In this document: positions 17,842-28,405 of the stretch, piece by piece
Numbering within the stretch: the first letter of the stretch is position 1
Layout of the letters: each line of letters starts with the position of its first letter
Assembly: GCA_963662285.2 (NCBI GenBank)
Contig: CAXXMV010000006.1
Coordinates: forward strand, 1,440,001 to 1,504,000
Reading direction: 5' to 3'
DNA length: 64,000 nucleotides
Origin: a bacterium
Lineage (GTDB): Bacteria > Hinthialibacterota > Hinthialibacteria > Hinthialibacterales > Hinthialibacteraceae
Made by a program: the position numbers and the translations under genes
Notes under the pieces: generated by a model
The model's input: only the letters and a program-made list of their open reading frames with translations
The model's database searches: none
Told to the model about the DNA's origin: nothing

Positions 17842-19299
17842 TTAAAAGTTATTGAGTTCCATTAACCAATCGTTGGTTGAATAAGGCGTTGCGTTGACTG
17901 ATGTTAGCCCCATTGCGTTAAGTAATTGGGTGTAAACGCTGAGATAGCCATAACGGGTTGTGACGACGTTAGTCTGCGCTTCAACCAGTTCGGTCAAGGC
18001 CTGGGTTACATCCAGGCTGTCGGCTAAACCTTCTTCGAAAAGGTTCAAGAAACGTTCGTGGTTTTCCTTGGCCACGATCTCTGCTTCCAGAGAAATTTCC
18101 ATGTTGCGTTGTTCTTCCTGCAATGCTAAAGCCGATTGCTCAACCAGTGTTGATATGGTTCTGATAGCGTCTTCATAGCGTTTTTGCTGAGCGTTAAGTT
18201 GGGCTTTGGTGCGTTTCATTTTGGCTATTTTTCTGCCGCCTTCAAAAATGGGAATTTCTACCTGGAAGGATAGGGCCCATTCTTCTTGTTCAAATTCGAC
18301 GCGCCCGCTTTCATTGAAACCCCAACGACCGCCAGCCGAAGCGCGGGGAGCGAATTCACCGCGTGCGATGTTAACCGACTCGCTGGTCTGGTCTACTAAT
18401 AGAGCAGCCACTTTGATGGAAGGATGAGTCTCCCTGGCTATAGCAAATAGTTTTGAATAATTCTGCACAACATCAATGTTTTTGGATGATGGATTAAAAT
18501 TAGCTAATTTATCAATTTGGAATGAATAGAGGTTGTCGATTGGGTTGCCCATGATCTGGTTTAGTTTCACTTGAGAATTTTGCAGAGCAATTTCGGATGA
18601 AACTACATCCCGCAGAGCTGAAGAACGGGATAATTGAGCGCGCAATACATCGGTGCGGATTCTCATGCCAACCTCAAAGTTGGTGGTAGCGCTGTTAAGT
18701 TGTTTGTCCGCTAAAGCCAGGCGTTGTTTTTGAACATTGAGTAGTTCCTGAGAGCGTAGGACGTCAATATACGCAACAACGGTATTATAAACTACGGCCT
18801 GTTCCTGACCGGTCTCCTGCCATTTGGCTGCTTCTTGCTTAAGTTTCGATAGTTTGATTTGGCCGATTACGGAGCGGTCGAAGATCAATTGGGATACGTT
18901 GATGCTATTGATGTAATTGGCGCCGGAGAAACCAAGTGCGCTTGGATCAAAAATGCCTGCTAAGGGAGAGTCTGCGGGCATATCAAAATCATAACGACCA
19001 GAAGTGACTTTACTCATGCTGTTTTGAAATGAAACTTGCGGCCAATAGTAGCTATAAGCTTCGCTTTTGCCGTGTTTAGAGGCTTGTGAATCGAAACGTA
19101 CGGCCATCAGTTCCCGGTTGTTTTCCAGTGAATTTTGGACTGCGTCGGATAAGGTGAGAACAGGGCGGTCGTCGGCAGTGGATTGAATTGGATCAATCAC
19201 ATTAAGAGTCAAAGAAAAGATGAAAATGCTGACAATAGAAATGCAATATATAGTTGATTTGATTTTATCAACTATTGATTTCGTGCGTATAAGATGCAT
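17842..19299 (-). CDS. TolC-family outer membrane protein
   Basis: LTLSDAVQNSLENN, duplicated OEP helical repeats, IPIFEGG. Confidence 0.9.
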   Translation of the reverse strand: MHLIRTKSIVDKIKSTIYCISIVSIFIFSLTLNVIDPIQSTADDRPVLTLSDAVQNSLENNRELMAVRFDSQASKHGKSEAYSYYWPQVSFQNSMSKVTSGRYDFDMPADSPLAGIFDPSALGFSGANYINSINVSQLIFDRSVIGQIKLSKLKQEAAKWQETGQEQAVVYNTVVAYIDVLRSQELLNVQKQRLALADKQLNSATTNFEVGMRIRTDVLRAQLSRSSALRDVVSSEIALQNSQVKLNQIMGNPIDNLYSFQIDKLANFNPSSKNIDVVQNYSKLFAIARETHPSIKVAALLVDQTSESVNIARGEFAPRASAGGRWGFNESGRVEFEQEEWALSFQVEIPIFEGGRKIAKMKRTKAQLNAQQKRYEDAIRTISTLVEQSALALQEEQRNMEISLEAEIVAKENHERFLNLFEEGLADSLDVTQALTELVEAQTNVVTTRYGYLSVYTQLLNAMGLTSVNATPYSTNDWLMELNNF

Positions 19300-19489
19300 G
19301 GGGGAATTCCTCCGAGATTATATTGTAAAAAGTTTAGATACAGTTTGTATGACTTAAGTAGAATACTCAACCCTTTATAAGGAATATTGCCCAGTTTTTC
19401 TTTGGTGAATATTTGTATGTAAATAGATTCACCTGAATGTTTTTCGGAATGTGAATAAACGTTTTTATGTGAATCACTCTGATGCAGAT

Positions 19490-19521
19490 GGCGGCGAGAT
19501 TCGTTTTGGAATCTCGCCGCC
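19490..19521. terminator. Stem-loop, probable terminator
   Basis: GGCGGCGAGATTC...GAATCTCGCCGCC downstream of 19554..20648. Confidence 0.6.
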
Positions 19522-19553
19522 TGATATAATTAATCGGTATGCAGTTGATATTT

Positions 19554-20648
19554 CTATCGCTTTAATCCAAGACCTAATGTTTCTTTGCAATATTTAAGGC
19601 TTTGTTCGAGATCGAATTTTTGCTGACGTTGACTTAGTTCTTTTGATCCCTCGCCGGATGGACGTTCGGCTGGATGATCCCAGGCTTTGCCACGTTTGGC
19701 CATAGCGACGAAACGGGCGAATTCATGAGCGCGGGCTTTGGGGAAAACATCCCAGAATTCAGGAGTCAGGTATTTAAATTCGCGCGGCAGGCCGGAAATG
19801 ATTTCCAGGATGAAAGGTACTTCGGGGCAGAGTTGTTTGTAGAGTTTGAGATATGCATCCCAATTAATTTGACCGTCGCCTATGTTAGCCCAGGCGGTCA
19901 TGGCGCCGTTTTCGGTTTCCCAGACTGCGTCATCGCGGATGCCGGTGGTGACTGCATAAGGTCCGAGGATTTCTAGATTGACCATAGGATCTTCGATAGC
20001 CCAGATGGCGTTGCCGTTATCCATTGTGGCGCCTACGTAATCTTTGCCCGCTGCTTCAATGAGCATGGCCAGTTCCCAGGCTTGCATGTCGCCAGCGTGG
20101 TTTTCGATGGCGATTTTTACGCCAGCATCAATGGCTTGATTGCGAACCGCCTTGCAGGTTTTTACGGTTGCTTCAATATGGCGGTAGATGCCGCCTTCGC
20201 CCTTGCGGTCTGCTGAATGCCCCTGATAACAACGCGCCACAGGTGATCCCAGCGCTTTGGCGACGCGGATTGTTAGAGCCAGGTGCTCTTCGCTGGTTCC
20301 ATATTTGGTGATGGCGCGGGATGAGGTGGGGCAGATGCCTCCCGTTCCAGCGTGAAGTTCGATGCCAAGGTCATCGGCTTGTTTTTTGACTTCACGCAGG
20401 TATTTATCTTCCAGGCTTTCGTATACATCCAGGTCGGAAAAGAGCACTACATCAACTTTAAGCGATGCGGCGTATTTAATGATTTGGGGAGCTTTCCATC
20501 CAAAATCCCGGATGGAGAAATTATCGAAGCCCAATTTGATGTTTGATTGTTTGGCTGATGCGCTGGCCAGTAATGATGTATTCATGGCGATGGCGCCAGT
20601 CGCTAGTGCGGTTCCTATGAATTTCCTTCTATTTATCGCATCACTCAT
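19554..20648 (-). CDS. Tat-exported sugar phosphate isomerase/epimerase family TIM barrel
   Basis: NRRKFI; IAIENHAGD, MDNGN, IGDGQINW, ILEII. Confidence 0.85.
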   Translation of the reverse strand: MSDAINRRKFIGTALATGAIAMNTSLLASASAKQSNIKLGFDNFSIRDFGWKAPQIIKYAASLKVDVVLFSDLDVYESLEDKYLREVKKQADDLGIELHAGTGGICPTSSRAITKYGTSEEHLALTIRVAKALGSPVARCYQGHSADRKGEGGIYRHIEATVKTCKAVRNQAIDAGVKIAIENHAGDMQAWELAMLIEAAGKDYVGATMDNGNAIWAIEDPMVNLEILGPYAVTTGIRDDAVWETENGAMTAWANIGDGQINWDAYLKLYKQLCPEVPFILEIISGLPREFKYLTPEFWDVFPKARAHEFARFVAMAKRGKAWDHPAERPSGEGSKELSQRQQKFDLEQSLKYCKETLGLGLKR

Positions 20649-20756
20649 GATATTCTCCCATTTATATTATGTGTCTTTGTAAAATTGTTGGTTAAACTCG
20701 ATAAAATAACTTATCATATTTCGCGGTAATTGGAAGATGGACTGGCGGTGGTTTGA

Positions 20757-20891
20757 TCAAGGGCTGAGCGCAATGCGCTCTTGCCCTTGGCGCCCATGCA
20801 GGTGGTTCAGGTGGGCTACGCTATCGCTTTTAGCCCACCCTACGCGTAGGCGTGTTTAATCAAAGGCAGAAAATACACTGCCCTTGGCGCC
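20757..20891. repeat. Mosaic repeat cluster: two TCAAGGGC-family palindromes flanking a GTAG REP
   Basis: 20757-20794, 20810-20843, 20860-20891. Confidence 0.85.
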
Positions 20892-20916
20892 CCCATCTGA
20901 TGTCGGTTAGTTTTTG

Positions 20917-21621
20917 TTAACTCTTCGGCGACCCGACTGCCAGAATGTAAATCGGTTTTTCTTCCTTGGGGATGCCTAAAATATCTTTGGCTTTGGGTGT
21001 GAGTACCGAGCCGTTTGGAACGCCTCCCAATCCTAGAGGGATCAATTGCAGCAGAAGGTTTTGCGCCGCGTGTCCTCCTTCGAGGTAGACATAACGCTCC
21101 GCTTCCTCTTTGTACTTGCTATAGGTGCGTTCGATGACGGCGGATATCACGAAGACGCAGGGGGCGTCATAAGCCGAATTGGTAGATAATCCTTCTTTGG
21201 AGAGAGCATTCCAAACATTACCTGACTGCACTTGAACTGCTGCGTGTTCATCCGGCAGGTAATGATAAACTCCATCCGCTACGATGTAATAGATTTCCAA
21301 GGGATACGTCCCTCCTGCTGATGGCGCGGTGCGGTGTTGGTTGGCGGTGCGGTTGACTCCCTGGGCGGCCCATAGCAGTTGGCCGATTTGTTTTGTGGTG
21401 AGAACTTTATCAGAGAATGCGCGTGTTGATTTACGTTGCCATAAGGTCTCTTCGAGTGAAAGGTTGCCTTGTTTTTCCACTTTAGGGAACATGATTTTCT
21501 TCGGAGTTGGTTTTTGCGCTATGGCTGTGGATGTTACCAATCCGAGTAGAACTAAAAAAGAAAGAAGTTTGCCTGCGTATGATAGACTTATCATTATTGT
21601 TTCTCCTGTTTTATGATGCAA
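20917..21621 (-). CDS. SagB/ThcOx-type nitroreductase-fold protein with signal peptide
   Basis: RKSTRAF, QLLWAAQG, RTAPSAGGTYPLE, EGGHAAQNLLL; true start may be ~21594. Confidence 0.88.
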   Translation of the reverse strand: MHHKTGETIMISLSYAGKLLSFLVLLGLVTSTAIAQKPTPKKIMFPKVEKQGNLSLEETLWQRKSTRAFSDKVLTTKQIGQLLWAAQGVNRTANQHRTAPSAGGTYPLEIYYIVADGVYHYLPDEHAAVQVQSGNVWNALSKEGLSTNSAYDAPCVFVISAVIERTYSKYKEEAERYVYLEGGHAAQNLLLQLIPLGLGGVPNGSVLTPKAKDILGIPKEEKPIYILAVGSPKS

Positions 21622-22760
21622 TCCATCAGAGGATTGAATAAGTATTCTTCCATGCCGCCCCAGAAACTATCTTTTTGCATTAAGCCGCCCACGCGGACGG
21701 CTATCAGGTCGAGACTGGGGATTACCAGTAAAACCTGATTACCGGCGCCTGCGCCCATGAAGGCGTCGCGGGGGAGTTTGGCAATTACGCCATCTGAGTT
21801 AACCCACCAGGCCAGACCTGCGCGGGGGCAGGGGCCTTCGCCGGGGCCGCGGTATGGATCAGGCGTTCCGGCGTCGGAGGTGACTAATTCGACTGTTTCG
21901 GGATCGAGGATTTGCTTATCCCGCCATTTGCCTTTGCGCAGCATCAACCGGCCTACGCGGGCTACGGCGCGAGCGGTGTAGGCGCCGCCGCCCCAATTGG
22001 CGACCAGCGGAAAACCATCAACGGTGTATGTTGCGTCATAACCGCACGACCATTCGGAATCGTCCACTCCGATGGGACGCATTACCCGTTCGCGTAATAG
22101 AGTTCTGATGTCATGGTGCGGAGAATCTTTTAGGGCAACGGTCACGGCGTATGAGAGCAGCGCCATACCGGGGTTGCTGTATTCGAATGAGGTTCCCGGT
22201 TTGAATTTCATCGGCGCCCAATCGCGTGATATGGAGAAAGGATCGGGTTGTTTTTTCCAGAAGCGGGTTTTCCAGCCGCTGGATTCGAAATGCCCCATAT
22301 CTTTGACTTCGGCGTCTTCCACGCCTGATGAGTGGGTCGCCAAATGACGGATAGTGATTCCCGCGCGGGTGGGATCATCGCGCCATTGTTTGATATATTT
22401 ATCTGCGGGATCATCAATATCAATCAGACCATCCTGCAACGCGAGCAGAAGAGACATGCCGCCCACCAGGGCTTTGGCCATTGATGCGGTGTAGTGTTTT
22501 TTGTCAGGGGCGAGTTTAGGTGAATACCACTCGCAGACAACCCGGTCGCCTCGAACAATGAAGAGTCCGGCGGTGGAATGCTCTTTTAATCCGACGAGCA
22601 TCTGTTCCACTTTTGCACCGGACATGCCTTGTTCATGCGGCGTGGACTTGCGCCATTGGAATTGATGTTGTGATTGGCTCAATACAGGATTCAATAGCAA
22701 GCCAATCATGAATATGATCAACATGATTGGTTTGGTTGTATGGAAAGTTAGGTAACGCAT
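21594..22760 (-). CDS. Serine hydrolase, beta-lactamase class C-like
   Basis: SMAK (SxxK), HLATHSSG, FEYSN, GAGNQ, IPSLDL. Confidence 0.9.
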   Translation of the reverse strand: MRYLTFHTTKPIMLIIFMIGLLLNPVLSQSQHQFQWRKSTPHEQGMSGAKVEQMLVGLKEHSTAGLFIVRGDRVVCEWYSPKLAPDKKHYTASMAKALVGGMSLLLALQDGLIDIDDPADKYIKQWRDDPTRAGITIRHLATHSSGVEDAEVKDMGHFESSGWKTRFWKKQPDPFSISRDWAPMKFKPGTSFEYSNPGMALLSYAVTVALKDSPHHDIRTLLRERVMRPIGVDDSEWSCGYDATYTVDGFPLVANWGGGAYTARAVARVGRLMLRKGKWRDKQILDPETVELVTSDAGTPDPYRGPGEGPCPRAGLAWWVNSDGVIAKLPRDAFMGAGAGNQVLLVIPSLDLIAVRVGGLMQKDSFWGGMEEYLFNPLMDCIIKQEKQ

Positions 22761-22780
22761 GTTATCACCTATGAATCATT

Positions 22781-23947
22781 CTAGAGTGAAAGTTTGGCAT
22801 CCAGTTTTTCATTATCGGATAGCATTTCTTTCCAGGTATATTCTTTGCCCTGGTAAGCGGCGTTTCGTCCCATGATGGCGGTCAGAGTTGATTCGACTCC
22901 CTGCGCCGATTCGTTGATGTATTCTTTACTGACTACGCTATCGTAGAACGCTTTTACCTTGAGCGCTTCTGGATTCTCTTCTTCACCTTTATATGACCAT
23001 TCGTTTTCGCCGCGTATTTTGGCTGGTCCACTCAGTGAATCAAGGGCGCCTTTGGGGCCATTGAAGCGTTCACCCGCATCTCCCCAGCCCAGTTTGAGGA
23101 ATTGAGTTGATGCGAAGACGATCTCTGCGCCATTGGGATACCAGAATGTTACGCCGTAATGATCCCATGTATCGCCGACGGCGGTGCGTATTTTTCGTCC
23201 TCCGGTTCCATAGGCTTTCACTGGATGAGCATCCATTACCCAATTGCATACATCAATGACGTGGATATTCTGTTCGACCAGAATATCGCCGGATAGCACT
23301 ATGTCAAACACCCAGTTGCGAATGCGTTTTTCCTGTTCGGACATCCCCGGTTTATGTTTGGGACTGAGCCAGCCGGAATGGTAGTGGGCTTGACCGCAAG
23401 CGATTTCTCCGATGGCGCCTTGATGGACCCGTTTGACGGTTTCTTGCAGATCAGGGCGGAAACGGGATTGAAAACCGACCATGACCGTACATTTTCCATT
23501 AGCTTTCTTTCCCGCCTGGAGTACGCGGTCGGCGCCGGGGGCGTCAATCGAAACCGGTTTCTCTAGATAGACATTTTTCTGCGCAGCCATCGCCGCTTCA
23601 AAATGCTGTGGATGAAAGTAGGGCGGGCTGGTAATGATGACACTATCCACATCGGTGGATAGTAGTTTTTCATAGGCGCCGAAACCCTGAAAGGTTTTGG
23701 GTTTACTGTCTGGAAATCTGCTTTTAGTAGAATCAAGCCGGTCTTGATAAGGATCGGCCAGCGCGGTGATGCGGCTGTTGCCATATTTCGTGAAATTATC
23801 CGCATCATGATTGCCTCTTCCGCCGCATCCGATGACGCCCACGGACATCGCTGAGTTCGCTTTTGAACCAAGAGCGGCTTGTGATGTCATGACGGTGAAC
23901 GCTGTTGCTGATGTATGAATGAATTTACGTCGGGTTACATTATTCAT
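22781..23947 (-). CDS. Gfo/Idh/MocA oxidoreductase, Tat signal
   Basis: TRRKFI; GVIGCGGRG; YLEKP; EQNIHVID; AAGGAG RBS before ATG 23947. Confidence 0.9.
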   Translation of the reverse strand: MNNVTRRKFIHTSATAFTVMTSQAALGSKANSAMSVGVIGCGGRGNHDADNFTKYGNSRITALADPYQDRLDSTKSRFPDSKPKTFQGFGAYEKLLSTDVDSVIITSPPYFHPQHFEAAMAAQKNVYLEKPVSIDAPGADRVLQAGKKANGKCTVMVGFQSRFRPDLQETVKRVHQGAIGEIACGQAHYHSGWLSPKHKPGMSEQEKRIRNWVFDIVLSGDILVEQNIHVIDVCNWVMDAHPVKAYGTGGRKIRTAVGDTWDHYGVTFWYPNGAEIVFASTQFLKLGWGDAGERFNGPKGALDSLSGPAKIRGENEWSYKGEEENPEALKVKAFYDSVVSKEYINESAQGVESTLTAIMGRNAAYQGKEYTWKEMLSDNEKLDAKLSL

Positions 23948-24255
23948 TATAGTTCTCCTTTTTTCGTGAATCAGATTGCTTGGCATAATAACATTTACTT
24001 TCGCGTTTCGACGAATCCAGTAAAGATTGGTTTTGTAGAAGACTAAAGTCAATAATTAACGAACATCATTTAGATAACTGTTATAACTTAACAAAGAACT
24101 ACTAGGAAGTTGAGAGGAGTGAAATGTTGCGATACAATTATTTTTTTTTTGATGATTCCTGATCAATCATGCTTCATCTTTCTATACAGAAATTAGATAT
24201 CTGTGTCATACTGTAGATACATAAGTTTCTGATACTGGTCTGGAGGAGTGGGGTA

Positions 24256-25578
24256 ATGCATAGAACAAAGAGCATTTCGCGGCGTAATTTTTTGGGCGGC
24301 TTTGTTGCAGCGGGCGGAGTTTTAGCGGCGCCGTATATAATTCCAGCATCGGCCTTGGGTAAAGAAGGCGCATCGGCGCCTAGTGAACGCATTACGCTTG
24401 GGATAATAGGAACCGGCAGTCATGGGGTGAGCCGTAATATAAAACGGTTTCTTCCCGAACCGGACGCCCAGATCGTGGCGGTATGCGATGTTGACCGCCA
24501 ACGGCGCGTTGACGCTAAAAAATTGATTGAAGACCGTTATGCCGAAAAGTTTGAGGGAACTTATAAGGGCTGCGATGATTATAACGATTTCCGCGATATT
24601 ATTGCGCGGGATGATATCGATGCGGTGATGGTGGCCACGCCGGATCATTGGCATGTTATCCCGTCAGTGATGGCCGCACGGGCGGGCAAGGATGTGATGT
24701 GTGAGAAGCCGCTGTCTCTCACCATTCTCGAAGGCCGCATCCTCAGCGACGCCATCAAAACACATAACCGCGTCTTTCAGACTGCCACGGAAAATCGTTC
24801 GGACGTTAATTATCACCGCATGATTGAGTTGGTGCGTAATGGCCGCATCGGAAAATTGCATACTATCCGGGTGGATTTACCGAGTGGTTTTTCTGTCCAG
24901 GAACAGAGTTATGAAGTATGCCAGCCTCCAGACGGTTTTGATTATAATATGTGGCTGGGGCAGGCGCCTGAGGCGCCTTATTGTCCAGCCCGGATTCATT
25001 GGAATTTCCGTTGGATTCTTGATTACTCAGGCGGGATGCTGACAGACTGGGGCGCTCATATGATCGATCTGGCGCAGTGGGGTAATGATTCAGAATATAC
25101 TGGGCCGATTGAGGTTGAAGGTAAAGGTGAATTTCCCAAAGAAGGTTTGTATAACACTGCGACCAAGTTCCGTATTGAATGCAAATTCGCCAATGACGTT
25201 AAGATGATCATTCGATCCAAATCTCCAGCCCTGCGGTTTGAAGGGACTGAAGGATGGATTGCCAACGATGGCTGGCGGGCGGAATTGAAAGCCAGCGATC
25301 CCAAAATACTGGAAGAAAAAATCGGTGCTGATGAATTGAAATTGTATACCTGTCCTGAAGGCGAACAGCGCAATTTTCTGGACTGTGTGAAATCCCGTGA
25401 GTTATGTTACGCTCCAGTTGAGGTTGGCCACCGTACTATCACTATCGCTCACCTGGGGAATATTTCTATGGTGCTGGGACGCAAGTTGCGTTGGAATCCT
25501 GATATAGAAAAGTTTATTAACGATCCGGTGGCTGATTGGCTGCTGTCCCGGCCCATGCGCGAACCCTGGACGTTATAA
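24256..25578 (+). CDS. Gfo/Idh/MocA oxidoreductase, Tat signal
   Basis: SRRNFL; ATPDHWH; CEKPL; TDWGAHMID. Confidence 0.92.
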   Translation: MHRTKSISRRNFLGGFVAAGGVLAAPYIIPASALGKEGASAPSERITLGIIGTGSHGVSRNIKRFLPEPDAQIVAVCDVDRQRRVDAKKLIEDRYAEKFEGTYKGCDDYNDFRDIIARDDIDAVMVATPDHWHVIPSVMAARAGKDVMCEKPLSLTILEGRILSDAIKTHNRVFQTATENRSDVNYHRMIELVRNGRIGKLHTIRVDLPSGFSVQEQSYEVCQPPDGFDYNMWLGQAPEAPYCPARIHWNFRWILDYSGGMLTDWGAHMIDLAQWGNDSEYTGPIEVEGKGEFPKEGLYNTATKFRIECKFANDVKMIIRSKSPALRFEGTEGWIANDGWRAELKASDPKILEEKIGADELKLYTCPEGEQRNFLDCVKSRELCYAPVEVGHRTITIAHLGNISMVLGRKLRWNPDIEKFINDPVADWLLSRPMREPWTL

Positions 25579-25632
25579 GAATAAATTGAGTAAAGAAGCA
25601 ATTATATTTGAAAGAAATTAATTGAGGAGAAA

Positions 25633-26643
25633 GTGATGGAAATGAAAAAGTTATTTATACGGGGATTGCTGATGACTGGTTTTTTGGGATTGGCGTTGAC
25701 CTCTTTGGCGGCGGGCGACCTATGGGTTGAATATGAAGGCAAGGTAGGCATTGGCCAAGGCAAGCATATTGTTTTTGTGACCGGCGATGAAGAATACCGT
25801 TCAGAAGAATCCATGCCGCAGTTAGCCAGAATCCTGGCTAAACATCATGGATTCAAATGTACCGTGTTATTCGCTATTGATCCTAAGGATGGATCGATTG
25901 AACCCAATCAGAGTTCAAACATTCCCGGTTTGGAAATGTTGAAAGACGCCGATCTGATGGTTATCTTCACCCGCTTCCGCGACTTGCCGGACGATCAGAT
26001 GATTCATATTCTCGATTATATTAATTCCGGTAAACCCATTATTGGACTCCGTACGGCGACTCATGCCTTCAACTTCAATCAGAACAAAACTTACGCCAAG
26101 TACAGTTACAATAACAAGAGTGAAGATTGTAAGGGTGGATTCGGCCGTCAGGTTTTGGGCGAAACCTGGATCAATCATTACGGCAATCATCAGAAAGAGA
26201 GCACGCGCGGTTTGATTGCAGAGGGCGCTGAAGGTTCACCGATCGTCAAAGGGTGCGACGATATCTGGGGTCCATCGGATGTATATGGCATTACTACGCT
26301 GCATGGCGACAGTAAACCAATAATTATGGGTCAGGTTCTGGTGGGGATGAATCCCGATGATAAACCTAATGACGAAAAGAAAGCCATTCCAGTAGCATGG
26401 ACCAAGACATTTACTGGAGATAAAGGGAAAATTTCCCGCGTCTTTACCACAACCATGGGGCATAGCGGCGATTTGCAAAGCGAAGGATTCCGCCGTTTGT
26501 TAGTGAATGCATGCTTATGGGGATTGGGGATGGAGGATAAAATCCCTGACAATGCTAATGTCGAGTTGGTTGGGAAATATGATCCCAGTCCAATCGGTTT
26601 CAACAAAGCTAAAAAAGGCGTTAAACCTTCAGACCATAAATAG
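25633..26643 (+). CDS. ThuA-like (trehalose utilization / class I GATase-fold) secreted protein
   Basis: GDEEYRSEE, IFTRFR, GLRTATHAF, RVFTTTMGH. Confidence 0.85.
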   Translation: MMEMKKLFIRGLLMTGFLGLALTSLAAGDLWVEYEGKVGIGQGKHIVFVTGDEEYRSEESMPQLARILAKHHGFKCTVLFAIDPKDGSIEPNQSSNIPGLEMLKDADLMVIFTRFRDLPDDQMIHILDYINSGKPIIGLRTATHAFNFNQNKTYAKYSYNNKSEDCKGGFGRQVLGETWINHYGNHQKESTRGLIAEGAEGSPIVKGCDDIWGPSDVYGITTLHGDSKPIIMGQVLVGMNPDDKPNDEKKAIPVAWTKTFTGDKGKISRVFTTTMGHSGDLQSEGFRRLLVNACLWGLGMEDKIPDNANVELVGKYDPSPIGFNKAKKGVKPSDHK

Positions 26644-26656
26644 AGGATTATAAATA

Positions 26657-27979
26657 ATGAAAAAAACAAATCACTTACGCAGAAATTTCTTGAAGGGCGC
26701 TTTGGCGGCAGCTGTAGCTCCCTCTTTTGTGCCTTCTACCGTGTTTGGCGCAACCGCTCCCAGCAATAAATTCACTATGGGATTTCTCGGTACAGGCAAC
26801 AACGGTACTAACTGGCTGAGGGGATTCCTAAAAGATGAACGGGTGCGCGTCATAGCAGTGTGCGACGTTAATCGCGAAGGCCCTGGTTACTGGGATAATT
26901 CAATACGCGGACGGGATGTCGCCAAGCGCATCGTGGATGAGCATTACGGGGGCGTTGGTTGCGGCTCTTATGAAGATTTCCGTGATGTGATCGCGCGGGA
27001 TGATATTGATGGAATCTATATCGGGACGCCGGATCATTGGCATGCCATCATGGCTATTGCTGCGGCGAATGCAGGAAAGGATGTCTATGGTCAGAAGCCG
27101 CTTTCGCTGACTATCGCCGAAGGACGCGCTATGTCCAACGCCATCCAACGTAATGGGGTCGTCTGGCAGACGGGAAGCCAGCAGCGCTCTGATTCCAATT
27201 TCCGCCGCGCCTGTGAATTGGTGCGTAATGGCCGCATCGGAAAATTGCATACTGTTCGTTGTGGATTGCCGGGAGGCATGCCGGATTATGGTCATACTGC
27301 GAATCTGACTGATCCTGCGCAGGTTCCCAAAGGATTCAATTATGATATGTGGCTTGGACCATCGGAAGAAGAATATTATTGCCCGGCTCGCGTTGGAGTC
27401 AATTTCCGGTGGAATCTAAATCATTCCGGCGGCCAACTGACTGACTGGGGCGGCCATCATCCCGATATCGCCCAGTGGGGCATGGATACGGAATATACCG
27501 GACCAGTCGCTATCAAGAATCCCAAGGCCAAATGGGCGGAGCATCCTGTTTATAACACTGCTACGGAATACTATTTCGAATGCGAATACAAAAACGGCCT
27601 GAAATTGATTATTTCCGATAAGGAAAAAGGCGGCGTAACATTTGAAGGATCGGACGGCTGGGTTTGGGCTAACCGGGGAAATCATAAAGCCAGTTCTAAA
27701 GAAATTCTTGAATCGAAGATTGAGGATAACGAGATTCATTTGTATGAAAGCGATGATCATATCACTAACTTCGTCGATTGCGTCTTCTCACGCAAAGAGA
27801 CCATTGCGCCGGTAGAGGTAGCCCACCGTTCTATCTCTCTGGCTCATCTTGGCAATATCGCCATGATTCTGGGACGTGATATAAAATGGGACCCGGAAAA
27901 AGAGAAGATAATTGGAGATGGCGGAGCGAATTTCTTGTTGAAGCGGGCTTACCGCGCTCCCTGGGTTTTGGAAGCATAA
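26657..27979 (+). CDS. Gfo/Idh/MocA oxidoreductase, Tat signal
   Basis: LRRNFL; GTPDHWH; GQKPL; QTGSQQRS; TDWGGHHPD. Confidence 0.92.
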   Translation: MKKTNHLRRNFLKGALAAAVAPSFVPSTVFGATAPSNKFTMGFLGTGNNGTNWLRGFLKDERVRVIAVCDVNREGPGYWDNSIRGRDVAKRIVDEHYGGVGCGSYEDFRDVIARDDIDGIYIGTPDHWHAIMAIAAANAGKDVYGQKPLSLTIAEGRAMSNAIQRNGVVWQTGSQQRSDSNFRRACELVRNGRIGKLHTVRCGLPGGMPDYGHTANLTDPAQVPKGFNYDMWLGPSEEEYYCPARVGVNFRWNLNHSGGQLTDWGGHHPDIAQWGMDTEYTGPVAIKNPKAKWAEHPVYNTATEYYFECEYKNGLKLIISDKEKGGVTFEGSDGWVWANRGNHKASSKEILESKIEDNEIHLYESDDHITNFVDCVFSRKETIAPVEVAHRSISLAHLGNIAMILGRDIKWDPEKEKIIGDGGANFLLKRAYRAPWVLEA

Positions 27980-28027
27980 TTTTTGTTGTTTATCTATAAA
28001 CGGCAAGTAAAATGCTACTGAATTAAT

Positions 28028-28057
28028 CTCAAGCCCCTGATTTTTTAGGGGCTTGAG
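28028..28057 (+). terminator. Stem-loop terminator
   Basis: CTCAAGCCCCT-N8-AGGGGCTTGAG. Confidence 0.65.
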
Positions 28058-28405
28058 TTATAATGTTATACATAGAAACAAACTGCCGGATAGAACAACG
28101 CGTGTAATAATCTATTATCTATGTTTAGATCAAGATAATATGCGTAACGTTGAGGCGAACAGAAAGCCTCCTTGATATATTGCAGATTCTTTCCAGGAAT
28201 AGTAGATAGAATTATTATCAATTAAACTTCGTTCATTGAATTATGTTTTTTTCTTATTAATTCTAATATGCAAAATTTTTTCATGATTTTGTTTGCTGCT
28301 ATCTCCTTTATTATTACTTTCAACATTGAATGGTCTTGGATGGATGTGTTTATTTGTTACTAAGACTGACTGATAAACTCTTGTTTTATGGAATTGAGGT
28401 GAATT

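Noticed and set aside
20917-21621. RiPP (azole) biosynthetic cluster around the SagB-like gene
   Set aside because: No YcaO, precursor peptide or transporter nearby; stand-alone nitroreductase-fold protein
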